64,000 nt of DNA from Octopus sinensis (GCF_006345805.1 NC_043011.1:4774001-4838000), one strand, 5' to 3'. Positions 49,800 through 63,657 are shown, numbered from the stretch's first letter. The notes: generated by a model from the letters alone, not told the origin. A program made the numbers and translations.

Positions 49800-49992
49800 C
49801 CATGTAAACTCGTAAACACAGTCGTCTTTTTTCTCTTCCCTGTTGCCCGCTCTGGGATCTTTCTTTCCTCTCTCTTCCTTCTTTATGTTCCGACGAAGAG
49901 CTCCGCTCGAAACGTCATACCTCCCTGCTTCCATTTCCTGAGCGCCTATTAATAATAATACTGTAATTGTTCCATTGTTGTTGTTTTTTTGT
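49800..49992 (+). mobile_element. PLE-type terminal module with degenerate minimal hammerhead
   Basis: CCGACGA-a-gagc tcc gctc-GAAAC-GTC at 49890-49916; homologous to 35540-35735. Confidence 0.6.
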
Positions 49993-50039
49993 TTCCCGTT
50001 TGGATTAAAATTATATATATGTATGTATGTATGTGTGTG

Positions 50040-50073
<34 letters not shown>

Positions 50074-50103
50074 ACACACACATATTATTCAAATGTTGTA
50101 GAC

Positions 50104-50202
50104 GCTGTTTCAATATGCGCAGATAGATAGATAGATAGATGATAGATAGAAAGATAGATAGATAGATAGATAGATATATAGATAGATAGATATATGATAG
50201 AT

Positions 50203-50297
<95 letters not shown>

Positions 50298-50362
50298 GAG
50301 ATAGATAGATAGATAGATAGATTGATAGATAGATAGATAGATAGATAGAAAGATAGATAGAT

Positions 50363-50393
<31 letters not shown>

Positions 50394-50414
50394 GAGAGAG
50401 ATAGATAGATAGAG

Positions 50415-50458
<44 letters not shown>

Positions 50459-50475
50459 TGATAGATAGATAGATT

Positions 50476-50514
<39 letters not shown>

Positions 50515-50591
50515 GGATGCATGAACGGATGGATAGATTGGAACAAGATTTATATTCGATATTAACGAACCTTTATATATATATGTGCATA

Positions 50592-50643
<52 letters not shown>

Positions 50644-50665
50644 TATATATATGCCTATCTAAGTG

Positions 50666-50696
<31 letters not shown>

Positions 50697-51384
50697 CATA
50701 CATACGTACATACATACATACGTACATACATACATACATACATACATACATACATACATACATACATACATACATACGTACGTACGTACATACATACATA
50801 CATACATACGTACATACATACATACATACATACATACATACGTACATACATACATACGTACATACATACATACATACATACATACATACATACGTACGTA
50901 CGTACATACATACATACATACGTACATACATACATACATACATACATACATACGTACATACATACATACGTACATACATACATACGTACATACATACATA
51001 CATACATACATACATACATACATACATACATACATACATACGTACGTACGTACATACATACATACATACATACATACATACATACATACATACATACATA
51101 CATACATACATACGTACATACATACATACATAATATTCCAGCTGGTATTTGAATACCATCCTTCTCAATTGGAAATATTTTTAAAATGAAGCAAAAAACA
51201 TTTACACATTCGTCCGAATACACACACACACACACACACACGCACACACACACACATATACACACACACAAACACACACACAAACACACACACACACAAA
51301 CACACACACACAAACACACAAACACACACAAACACACACACACATACACACACACACACAAACACACACACACAAACACACACG

Positions 51385-51426
<42 letters not shown>

Positions 51427-51440
51427 TCTTCACGCACGCA
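50104..51440. repeat. (GATA)n, (TA)n, (CATA)n and (CA)n microsatellite blocks
   Basis: Direct reading. Confidence 0.95.
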
Positions 51441-51595
51441 CGCGTATAGGCGCGTGGTCCATTGGTTAGGGTCTTGCATTTACGATCGCTAAATCGCAGC
51501 TTCGATACCCAGCCCGATCAGCGCGTTGTATTCTTGCGAAAAACACTTCACTTCGTTCATATTAGGCGGAATGTTGCCTTCCTCGCCTAACCAGA

Positions 51596-51714
51596 GAGGT
51601 GGCATCTTGGGCAAGTGTCTTCTGCTATAGCTTCGAGCCGACCAATGCCTTGTGAGTGGATTTGGTAGACGGAAACTGAAAGAAGCCTGTTGTATATATG
51701 TATGTATATATATA

Positions 51715-51745
<31 letters not shown>

Positions 51746-51958
51746 TTGTGTGTCTGTGTTTGTCTCCCTAGCATTACTTGACAACCGATGCTGGTGTGTT
51801 TACGTTCCCGTCACTTAGCGGTTCGGCAAAAGAGACCGATAGAATATGTACTGAGCTTACAAAGAATAAGTCCCGGGGTCGATTTGCTCGACTAAAGGCG
51901 GTGCTCCAGCATGGCCGCAGTCAAATGACTGAAACAAGTAAAAGAGTAAAAGAGTAAA
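51596..51958 (+). mobile_element. SINE family A, 5'-truncated
   Basis: Starts at the CORE-like block; complete tail. Confidence 0.85.
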
Positions 51959-52026
51959 AAAGATATTCAAATATAAATGTTAGCAGTTCGAACACACATA
52001 CACAAGGTAGGTGTGTTGTTAGCTCG

Positions 52027-52812
52027 TGGCTGCGGTTTTTAGGCCTAAGAGAATATATCCGCCTGGTGTGAAAAACACCGGAAAGTACGTCATAGTCAAG
52101 CGAGACAGCTCACGTCAGGTCATTTCTCGGAGCGACAGACATCGGTGTTTCGCCGTTGTTGAGACTTATCAATGCCGCACACCGAACGGTATGCTGGCGG
52201 TGAGCTGACAGTCTCGCTAGCACGTCGGGCGAAATGCTTAGCGGTATTTCGTCTGCCGTTACGTTCTGAGTTCAAATTCCGCCGAGGTCGACTTTGCCTT
52301 TCATCCTTTCGGGGTCGATAAATTATGTACCAGTTACGCACTGGGGTCGATGTAATCGACTTAATACCTATATCTATCCTTGTTTGTCCCCTCTATGTTT
52401 AGCCGCTTGTGGGTAATAAAGAAATAGGTATTTCGTCTGCCGCTACGTTGTGAGTTCAAATTCCGTCGAGGTCGACTTTGCCTTTCATCCTTTCGAGGTC
52501 GATTAAATAAGAACCAGTTACGTACTGCAGTCGATGTAATTGACTTAATCCTTTTGTCTGTCTTTGTTTGTCCCCTCTATGTTTAGGCCCCTGTGGGCAA
52601 TAAAGAGATAAATGCCGCATACCGAACAAGGCCTGCTACGACTACATGTTAAATGGTTTAAACACCAGAGTCAAGCGAGGGACCACACCTAACTTGTGTA
52701 TGTGTGTTCGATTTTGTTTATATACCTCGAGCTGCTACTAATTCATATGTAAATTATTTCCGTGATATGAAACGTTAGAACATGCCAGCAGATGGCCTAA
52801 AAACCGCAGCCA
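52027..52812. mobile_element. Putative MITE with 19-bp perfect TIRs, interrupted by a SINE dimer
   Basis: tggctgcggtttttaggcc (52027-52045) / ggcctaaaaaccgcagcca (52794-52812). Confidence 0.5.
52188..52610 (+). mobile_element. SINE family B dimer with 17-bp TSD
   Basis: TSD aatgccgca(c/t)accgaac at 52171-52187 and 52611-52627. Confidence 0.85.
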
Positions 52813-54200
52813 ACCCAAGTTTTGTAAGTGGTTAGTAGGTGTGATCTATGCATACAGTGTGATGAGGTGAAGGGCGCTAGTTTGTGTAGTTCGCAGTTTA
52901 TTATGCTGGAAGCTGAAGCAGAGCTGATATAATCTTTAATGGTTCTATTGTGTTGTTTATACAACCCTTGTTGCTGTTTATTTCTGATGGTCAAATGTGG
53001 TACATTGTGAGTGCTCTAAGTGCGTGCGTACGTCTGTGTGTGTGTGTGTGTGCGTGTGTGCGTGCGGATGTAAGTCCTTTTGCTCGTCCGTCTTCTGTGT
53101 ATCTGGGAAATGTCGAGGCGTCATATGCAAAGCCTTTTCTCTCTCTCGTTCTGTGTGTGTGTATGTGTGCGAGAGAGACAGAGAGAGAGAGAGAGAGTGT
53201 GTGTGTGTGTGCGTGCGTGCGTGTGTGTGTGTGTGATATGTTTACGTTGCTCAATATGTGATGGATGTTTGAAATAGATATCTCCTGGTAGCACTGGGGA
53301 CAGTGAATTTGGTAAGTGCTGCTTTAAGTCTGTTGTTTTGGAGCCAGCTTTCTTAAGGAGGTGTTCAATATTTTGTATTTAAGTGGATAGCTTCGAAATA
53401 GCGTCAATAGTTTTGTTTGTGTATATGGTAGTTGGAATAATATGTTAGGGCGAGATTTCTTTTTCTTTTATATTTCTATTATTGTAGATTTTCAGTGTTT
53501 TGTTTTTCACTTTTAGCTTTTGACGAGTTGACATATTCTTTGTGTTCAGTTGGTGGTTGGAATCTGTGTTGTGGTTTTGGAAAGAGCAGAGTAAGGAATT
53601 AGTGATAACAGCGACGTGTCTTTCAGCAATGTCTGAGAGTGTAAATAAGAAGGGTGGGTAGGGATATTTGCTGAGGATGTTAGGGTTATATGCTGTTACT
53701 TCATTTGTGGCTTAGTTGGGCTTAGAACGTGGAGTTTATACCCAAGTCCGACGTCTTGGGAGAAACTAACAGTTTTGATACGAGTAGCTGCTGTTTAGTA
53801 CCGATTCGGTTCTCTTAGGCTGGTCTTTTATCAAAGACGTTCCCCAAGCACACACACTCATACATTTATGTATATATATCTGTAAATGTAATATGTGTCA
53901 ATTATTCGGTAGCCATAATAAAACTCCGAATAATTGTCACATATTACATTTACAGATAAATTCCTCTATTTACATAATATCGAGGTCTCTTTCATTCTTT
54001 TATTGTCTTACCATTTCTATTAATATATATAGGCACATGAGTGACTGTCTGGTAAGAATCTTGCTTGCCCAAAATTGGCTTCTGGGTTCAGTCCCAGTGC
54101 GGGGCACCTTGGCCGAGTTCCTTGTTACTATTGCCTCGGGCCAACCTAAGCCCTGTGTGTGGATTTGGTAGACGGAAACTGCTAGGAGCCCATCGCATGA

Positions 54201-54260
<60 letters not shown>

Positions 54261-55093
54261 GCGTGTGTGTGCGTCTGTATTATATATGTATGCACGCGTG
54301 GTTGTATGGTAAGAAGCTTGAATTTCTTTGACTAGAAATTCAAGAAGCTTCCCAACCACATGGTTCCGGGTTCAATCCCATTGCGTGGAATTTTGGGCAA
54401 GTGTCTTCGACGATAGCCTCAGGCTGACCAAAGCCCTGTGGATTTGACAGACAGAAACTGAAAGGTGTGTGTGTGTGTGTGCGCTCGCATGTGTGCGTGT
54501 GTGCGCGCGCAGTGTGTGTGCGCGCATGTATGTGTGCATGCGTATCCGTGCGTCTCTGTGTGTGTATGTTTGTGATTGTGTGTGTGTATGTGTGTGTGTG
54601 CGCGCGCGCGTTTTTGTGTCTGTGTTTGTTCCCCACCAGTACCGTTTGACAATAAGCATCAGGCTTAAAAAACAGTTCTGCTGTATGTTCATTCAACAAA
54701 CGTTCCTCAAGGCGGTGCCCCAGCTTGGCCGCAGTCTAATGACAGAATCCTTGAGCAACTTTTAGTCGAACGAATCGACCCCAGTACATTTTGTAAAGCC
54801 TGGCACTTTTTATATAGGTCACCTTTGCCGAACTGCTAAGTTATGGGGACGTAAACACACCAACACCGATAGTCAAGTGGTGGTGGGGCAAATACAGATG
54901 CAAAGACGCACACACACACACGCACATATACAGCAGGTTTCATTCAGTTTCCGTCAACCAAATTCACTCACATGGCTTTGGTGAACCCGAGGGTATAGAA
55001 GAAGACACTTATCTAAGGTACTGAGCAGTAGTACTGAACCCGGAACCGAGTGACTGGGAAGCAAGCTCCTTACCACAGCCACGTCTGCGTCTA

Positions 55094-56106
55094 TCTTAAT
55101 ATATAAAATCCGTTCTGTCTGTCCGTCTGTTTGTGCGCTTATAACTCGTGTATTGTTCATCCTATCATCCAAAGAAAAGACGTAATCTCCCCAGAAACAA
55201 ATATAATACAAGGAGGATTGTAGAAAACCGAACGCGAGAGTCTGAAGAGAGAAGCTAGATGAGATTTTCTCAAGATCAGCAAATGCATGTTGCAGCACTT
55301 AATACTGGATCATTAAATCAATGTTTAAATGATTAGACAGAGGTCCAATAGAATAGATCTCAGAAACATACTACGTACAAATTCGTTCTTCACAACTCCT
55401 GAAATTTTAAACATGGATACATGAGAGAGCGGGGCGTTCCGTAATCTAAAAAGATTTTCAAAATTGTTAGTTTCAAAGTGAGAATCGCTATTTTTATGAT
55501 CTTTATGTCCTTTTTTGTTCTGCCATTAAAACAACCAGTTGCTCAGAGAGCCGGCACATGCCATTTCGCTAGCAACAAGGGGAGTATAGGATGACAGTCA
55601 GGCCAAACCGTCGCTATGCTGTTTCTCTTCTTTCCTCTCTCTGTGGGGTTAATAATCTTAATCTTTAGTTACAGTTTCTCATTCAAACTACATAATAGGC
55701 AGAATTTTCGGATTAAGACAGTAGGGTGTTTAGAGGGAGATTTGGCTGCTATTTCTACCAGGTCTTGCTACAATGTAGAGGTCTGCCTCATTGATATTAT
55801 ATGTTCCTTATGCTTTCCAAAACCGAATTACAGATTTTGACGTATGGGATATCAAAAGATTCAGTACTATTTTGGCTACAAATTAAACTTACTTTTCATT
55901 CACATATTTGCATTTCAAAAATTTAACATAATCTTTTCCATAAATCAACTATCGTAAAAATTTTATATGATGATGTCACATTTTCTATATGTGTCTGTAC
56001 CTTAAAAGACGTCAATCATCACGCCTTCACTCTCATTCACTCACTCACCTTCCCTCAGTCACTCTATCTCTCACATACACACGCGCAAGCACGCACACAC
56101 ATACAT

Positions 56107-56174
<68 letters not shown>

Positions 56175-57294
56175 ACACACACGCCCATTTCATATAGAAG
56201 CACATACATCTTTCACTTTCTCTGTTCTTTCAATTTCTGCTCTCATCAAATAAAATTTTTACAGATACAACTGCTTACAAAAATAGGGATTAATGTATAA
56301 TTTCTTTCTATGTTCATAATTTTTTTGTTTACAATAATGGGAAAATATGCCACCAAAGAAAAGACGTAATCTCTCCAGAAACAAGGACAAAGCAAGGAGG
56401 ATTGTAGAAAACCGAACGCGAGAGTCTGAAGAGAGAAGCGAGATGAGATTTTCTCAGCATCAGCAAATGCATGTTGCAGCACTTAATGCTGGATCATTAA
56501 ATCAATGTTTTAATGATTGGACAGAGGTCCAATAGAATAGCTCTCAGAAACAGACTACGTACAAATTCGTTCTTCACAACTCCTAAAGCTATTTTCAGAT
56601 ATGATCCTTCCCATTCTTATAAAAATAATAAGTCTGTCCAAATTGGTGTGCTAAACTCAAATTGTCTTTTTTTCAGAGCTTTCAAATTTTCAAATGAAAC
56701 AATGGCATGTGCTGTTCAGGCGGTCAGGTAACATTGCCAGCACTACCAGCTCCTTCTCAACCTCTTCTAGAAAGCATTTCCATCCAGTCAAATATCAGAC
56801 GATATTAGACAATACAACTCTGCAAATGACATCGTTTGGTGCATCTAAGAAGATAGATAAACTTGAATTTACGACAACGTCAAAGTTCAAGGGCAAGTCT
56901 GTCACCTCATTGGTTCCCTGTTACCCACAAATGAACAACCACAGTTCCTCCAAATTTACTTTATGAGTGATGTAGGACAACAAACCCGAAGGAGGTGTCA
57001 ACATTTCAAATGATGGGTCGTGTTAGACACAGCGCCGACTGTCACAAAAGAGAGTATATCCACTGACAGTTTCTCGGTGCGTTCAAAACTCACTTAACCC
57101 CTACAGGTTATGGCCTGAAATACTCCAAACGGATGCATAGGATGTTGCTTAGTCGAATTAGCCCATCATTTACTCCACAAATATTTTGTTGTCAATACTG
57201 CACTTTCTCATATCACCCATTTCAACATAACTGTAATATATTATATACAAACTATGTCATTTTAATCCCGAGCAAAGCCGGGTGTCTTTGCTAG
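55094..57294 (+). mobile_element. Internally deleted Helitron with RepHel N-terminal remnant
   Basis: A|TC start at 55094; frameshifted FRYDP..Y...V.IG...C...KF..E and LQMTSFGA...QFLQIYF; cccgagcaaagccggg hairpin and CTAG|T at 57291-57294. May be two nested or adjacent copies. Confidence 0.75.
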
Positions 57295-57921
57295 TATATT
57301 TATAAAAAGAAATAACAACAGACACGACTGTGTAGTTAAGAAGGTTACTTTGCAAACACATAGTTTCGGATCCAGTCCCACTGCACCAAACCTTGGAAAA
57401 ATATCTCCTTCTATGGCTCTGAGCCACCCAATGCCTTGTGAATGAATTTGGTAGACAAACTGTGAAAACCTATTGTATACAAGTGTGGGTATGTGTGTAC
57501 GTGTGTGTAAGTGAGTGTGTGTGTACGTCATTGTGTTTGTCACACACAGCCGCTTGATAACGGATGCTGGTTTGTTTACGTCCTCGTATTCTAGCTGTTC
57601 GACAAATGAGACTAAGAGAATAATTACCAGACTTAAAAGTGAGTACTAATGTTTATTTGTCTGACAAAACCTTTCAGAATGGTGCTCCAGCAAGTCACAG
57701 TCCTATGACTAAAACAGGTAACAAGCAAAAGGACTAAACAAATGTTGGTGCGGCATCAATAGGTTGGTTAGCTGCTGTGCTCACCACCGATGATGTGTGG
57801 TACAAAGAACTGGCTATATAGAATCGGCTATAGTTGGACTCTAATCACGTCACCTACCCCCTGTCCGTCGCTGCTGTTGCTACCATCATACTCTACAGGC
57901 GTTCGGAAACTGACTGGACGA

Positions 57922-58036
<115 letters not shown>

Positions 58037-58819
58037 GTAAAACGAGTCAAGAATCCAGCATTGTATATCATATGATCAATTCTCTGCTTTTTATGATGTG
58101 CAATATAATCATCAGGTGAGGGGGAAACACGTATATACTTTGAAGAACAGTTGTGGGTGTCGCACTTAGGCATTGGTTCGATTACCTTCGTTGTATGGGT
58201 TTGCTTAGGGAATGCACAAAACGGGAACAGCTAAAACTGTGCTTCAACAACAACAAGAACAACAACAACATAACAGCTACAATAACAACAACGATAACAA
58301 CAACAACAACACTTCAGCAAGAACAGTAGTGCTGCTTCTTGAAACCGATTTCATAACACCCTGAACTCGAGACAAACATGGGTTCTTAAAAGGTTAAAAA
58401 TAGCAGCCAAATCGCCCACAAATCCTACGCTACTGTCTTAAAAACAGAAGGTCATTGAATAAAATGGTCCACTGCCTGAAAATGAAGACGGGATGGTAAC
58501 GGCTTGCATATAGACACACTGAATCATAATCTGATCTGGTGTTAAGCAACAACACTTTGCATTGCAAACATCACGTGGTTCACAGTTGGTAGAAATAACA
58601 TTTAGTTTTAAAATTTTGTATGGAAGTTAGTAACAACAAAGACCGTTGCTGTTTACAGGTTTTCAAAGGAACAATTATTGGCTTCTTGCAATTTTGGTAG
58701 TGACAAGTAGGTGGATGTAGTTCCATGCAGATCAAACATTTTGTTTGTAAAGCAAGGTTTTTTGGGGTGGGAGCGGGGGGGGGGGGGGATTTCGGTTTTC
58801 TCACTGATGCTTATACCTT

Positions 58820-59050
58820 TTTTTTTTACTACCCAGAAGGGGCTAAACACAGAGAGGACAAACAAACAAGGACAGACAAACGGATTAAGTCGATTATATC
58901 GACCCCAGTGCGTAACTGGTACTTATTTAATCGACCCCGAAAGGATGAAAAGCAAAGTCGACCTCGGTGGAATTTGAACTCAGAACGTAACGGCAGACGA
59001 AATACCGCTGAGCATTTCGCTCGGCGTGCTAACGATTCTGCTAGCTCCCC
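58820..59050 (-). mobile_element. SINE family B
   Basis: Matches the other family B copies. Confidence 0.85.
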
Positions 59051-60080
59051 CTTTCGTTGTAGTACATCGGTGAAAGATATATGAACGTACACAAACACTA
59101 CATATCCATATATACACATATAAACAAATACACACAATTTTCGTTACCTTCGCAGATCCCCATTACTATCGCCATTCAGTTCCATTATTGTGAATTCGAA
59201 TTGGGACACAACCATGGACACCACCTCTACGGATGCATTGCAGTTACTCTCTTGATAAAGTCTGGTGATCCTGACCTTTGATCTTCTAGGATTTCTCTGC
59301 TCAACATCAATGTAAGAAGCACCTTGAAAAGTCTCACAACTTTTGGAATGCACCATGTACATGTGACTTATTCTATAATTTCCGGAAGCTTAATCCAAAA
59401 TATTACGACTGTGGACATATTGTACAGTTTCCATATACTATTGTACAGTTTCCATATACTATTTACACTTACTAACACTTCAGCCGCAGATATGTTATAT
59501 ATCCCGCAGTTTCTATAAGCTAGTCAAACACACGACCGCTGTGAACTGCAGACATGCCTTATATCTCATAGTTTTTATAAGCTACTTACACATGCATTAA
59601 CGCTTCTAATAGCAAAAATGTCATAGAATCTACAGTTTGTTATTATAAATAAGGACAACATACGAGTTTCATAAAAATAACCATTGTTTAATGAGAAGAT
59701 AAAATCAGCAGGACCCTGTCGCTTTATACTAACACTTAATATAAGCCATAGAGTCACATATAGTCAATTACAGACTTTCTCTCACTTGCCCTCTTTCACT
59801 CGCGCATATAGACGTATATACACACACTCAAGAACGCAGTCGGCAATCATACATTTATTTATATACTCATGCACACACACACATGCTCACAGATGCACAT
59901 TCACACATTTATGAAACAAGGGCATGCAAGTATATAAGCACAAGTACGCATCAAAGCACCTTACACATACACGTTCTGACACATTAACTTTGTAACCCAT
60001 ATATATATTCACATGCCTATCCCACATGAATATACATTCGTGTACCCACACACGCACCTACTCATGTGTATGAAACCCTC

Positions 60081-60159
<79 letters not shown>

Positions 60160-60466
60160 ACACACACTCATACACATACACATACACACACACACACTCA
60201 TACACATACACACGATCATTTCCACAAATGAGTGATCAATTCGAAATTTATATATAAATACACTGTAATTATATATATATATATATTGATATAGATTTAT
60301 CTATCTATCTATCTATCTTTCTATATATATATATATATATATAGATAGATAGATAGATAGATATATAAATCTATATCAATATCTATATCTATCTATCTAT
60401 ATATCTATCTATATATATATACATATATATATATATGAATATGAGTATATGTTTAGATATATATGC

Positions 60467-60825
60467 ATCGTGGCTCTCCGTCGGTTACGACGACGAGGGC
60501 GCCAGTTAATCGAGTTAACGTGCAAGTGGCTGAGCACTCCACAGACACGTGCACCCTTAATGTAGTTCTCAGGAGATTCGGCGTGACACAGAGTGTGACA
60601 TGGCTGGCCCTTTGAAATACAGGTACAACAGAAACAGGGAGGAAGAGTGAGAGAAAGTTTTAATGAAAGAATACAGCAGGAATCTCCACCATTCCTTGCT
60701 TGAGCCTCGCGGAGATTTTGGTGTATTCGCTCAATAAACACTCACAACGCACGGTCTAGGGATCGAAACCGCGATCCTATAACCGACATCCGCTGTCCTA
60801 ACCACTGGGCCATTGCGCCTCCACT
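60467..60825 (-). mobile_element. SINE family C
   Basis: tRNA-like head gtggaggcgcaatggcccagtggttagg...ggtttcgatccc on minus; body homologous to 5324-5600. Confidence 0.75.
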
Positions 60826-60833
60826 ATATATAC

Positions 60834-60883
<50 letters not shown>

Positions 60884-61285
60884 ACACACAACACACACAT
60901 ATACTCAGTGGAATATATATGAAATTAATGATATAGCCCATTAGAGATAATACACTAACTCAAAGTTTCGTGCTTAATGAATGCCAGATACTCACCAAGC
61001 AGGCAATATAACTCGTCCTTAAGCTATCTGGATCACTTATGGCTTGTTTTACAGAACTTACACCATTGATTTATATGCGTTAAGTGTTTTGACGTAACTT
61101 CTGAACACAATATGATTAAGAAAATAAGAATTAAAAGTACCAAACAGAAAAGAGAATGGAAAGTTAAAGAGCTGAAGTGTCGCCAAGTCCTTCACTGTCT
61201 CCAGTTTCAAATTCCATCTACTATTCTATTTATAAATAACCAAAAGAAATAACTCCCACCTAACAGTTTTTGTATGTATATACAT

Positions 61286-61454
61286 ATGGCACAGGTGTGG
61301 CTGTGTGGTAAGAAGCTTGCTTACCAACCACATGGTTCCAGGTACAGTCCCACTGCATGATACCTTGGGCAAGTGTTTCCTACTATAACCACAGGCCGAC
61401 CTAAGCCTTGTGAGTGGATTTGGTAGACGGAAACTGAAAAAAGCCCGTCGTATA

Positions 61455-61489
<35 letters not shown>

Positions 61490-61650
61490 ATATGTATGTA
61501 TGTATATTTTTGTGTGCCTGTTTGTCCTCCCACTATCGCTTCACAACTGATGTTGGTGTGTTTATGTCCTCGTAACTTAACGGTTTGGCAAAAGAGAACG
61601 ATAGAATAAGTACTAGGCCACGGTCAAATGACTGAAACAAATTAAAGAAT
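61286..61650 (+). mobile_element. SINE family A with internal deletion near the tail
   Basis: Head, CORE-like block and shortened tail. Confidence 0.8.
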
Positions 61651-61671
61651 ATATATATATATATTATATAA

Positions 61672-61920
61672 TATCTATACAATATGTTACATTACTCGGT
61701 AGTCAAGATAAAACTCTGAGTTTCAGATGCCGAAGTGGAAATCCACAACACCATCTCTTCTAACCGAAGAGATGGTGTTGTGGATTTCCACTTCGGCATC
61801 TGAAACTCAGAGTTTTATCTTGACTACCGAGTAATGTAACATATTGTATAGATAAATTTCCTCTATTTACATAATATTGAGGTCTCTTTCTTTCTTTTGT
61901 TATCTCACCGTTTTATCAAT
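61672..61920 (+). mobile_element. Solo Naiad-type terminal repeat with 89-bp perfect fold-back
   Basis: 61672-61760 is the exact reverse complement of 61766-61854; body matches 26766-26845 and 24284-24360; (TA)n flanks. Confidence 0.85.
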
Positions 61921-61943
61921 ATATATATATATATATATATATA

Positions 61944-62158
61944 TTGGAAGGGGTGGTGAAAAGTTCCTGGCTATGAAGGTGTTGTGAAAAGCCTGGTTTG
62001 GGGGCCCTACATTCCAAGTTCTTTAGGAAAACTGAAGAATTACTACAATAAGTCTGTGAATCTGAGAGGGGAATATATTCAACAAAATCATAATTAACTG
62101 ATCCTCCCCTATTTTCTTTTACCCAAAGCCAGACAGGAACTTTTCAGCACACCCTCGT
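61944..62158. mobile_element. Mariner-type MITE, inverted relative of 6508-6725
   Basis: gggtggtgaaaagttcctggct / aggaacttttcagcacaccctcg TIRs. Confidence 0.7.
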
Positions 62159-62167
62159 GTGTGGGTG

Positions 62168-62203
<36 letters not shown>

Positions 62204-62764
62204 TGTATGTGTGTGTACAAGCGGATACATTTACACATATATATATGTATGTATACACACATACACACACAGACACTTATATACTAACATTTGATTGATA
62301 TACACACAATTTTAATGAAATAATTGTTTTCGCAGTTGCTAAAAACATCATTTTATATATATATATAAAAAAAAACTGTTGCTATTGTTATTGTTGTTGT
62401 TGTTCTTATTGTTCCTGTTACCGATGTTAAATTACATGGTGTTGTTGTTTCTTTTATTGTTTATATTATTGTTGTTGATAGATTTGTTTTTGTCATTACT
62501 ATGATTGTTCTTGTCTTTTTTTGTTGTTGTTTATCTTGTAAATTGTTTTTGACACTGCTTTAATTGATATTTTTCTTTCTTTATTTATCAGTGTTATTGT
62601 TGTGGATGTTGTTGTTGTTGTCGTTGTTTCTATTGCTGTTGTTTGTTGTTTGCTGTTGTTTTTTGTTGTTTTTTGTTGTAATTTGCCTGTTTTAAATCGT
62701 TTCGCCGTTGTTAATGCTGCTTGCATCGTGATTACTCATGCATTGTGTTTATGCTGTTGGTGAC

Positions 62765-62855
62765 GATGTTGACACCAATGATGATGATGATGACGATGAT
62801 GATGATGATGATGACGACGATGATGATGATGATGATGATTATGATGATGATGATA

Positions 62856-62886
<31 letters not shown>

Positions 62887-63303
62887 CGATGATGATGATG
62901 ATGATGATGGCGGTGAGGCTGATAATGATGACGACTGCGGTGACGATGACGACGACGATGATCAGGATGGCTGTGATGACTATAACGAGGAAGATGACGA
63001 CTACAACGACGGCGAAGGCTGCGAAGACTGCGACGACGATGATGACGATGGTGATGATGACGATGGTGATGATGACGATGGTGATGGTTCTGACGTCGAC
63101 GACGACGGTAATAATGAGAATGATGACGAGGATTACAAAGATGATAATGATAATGACGATGAATACGACGACAACGACGCCGCCGCCGCCGCCGCCAACG
63201 ACGATGATGATAATGATGATGATGAAGATGATAATAATCGGGATGATGATGATGATGATTGTAGTGGTGGTGGAGGTGGTGGATTTGGGGATGATGATAA
63301 TGT

Positions 63304-63349
<46 letters not shown>

Positions 63350-63415
63350 GGTGGTGGTGGTGATGATGATGATGATGATGATGATGATGACGACAACGGC
63401 ATCGATGTTGATGCT
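62765..63415. repeat. Imperfect (GAT/GAC/GGT)n trinucleotide tract
   Basis: Direct reading; source of the poly-D/poly-M/poly-I ORFs. Confidence 0.9.
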
Positions 63416-63649
63416 ATGGTAAGGAAGAGGCAACGGAATTCTGACCTTCACAATGGGTGGATTGCATTCTCCTTCTTTGCGAGTTCTAATCTTAGTAGAG
63501 TCCAAAGTAGTTGTTGACCTCTCAGAGCGACGTAAGAGGAACAAAGATAGAAACCCTCAGTCATGCACTGGCGTCTGTTACTTTCAACAGTACCCTCGTC
63601 CAGCTTCGTATGATCATCACCATCCTTACGGTTAAGAAGCAACAGAGTA

Positions 63650-63657
63650 TGTAGTAA

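Noticed and set aside
59150-59360. Mariner-like terminus tacatggtgcattccaaaagt on the minus strand
   Set aside because: No matching second TIR or convincing transposase frame.
62721-63544. Acidic poly-Asp or poly-Met protein
   Set aside because: Trinucleotide repeat open in several frames on both strands, next to other trinucleotide tracts, with no splice or homology support.
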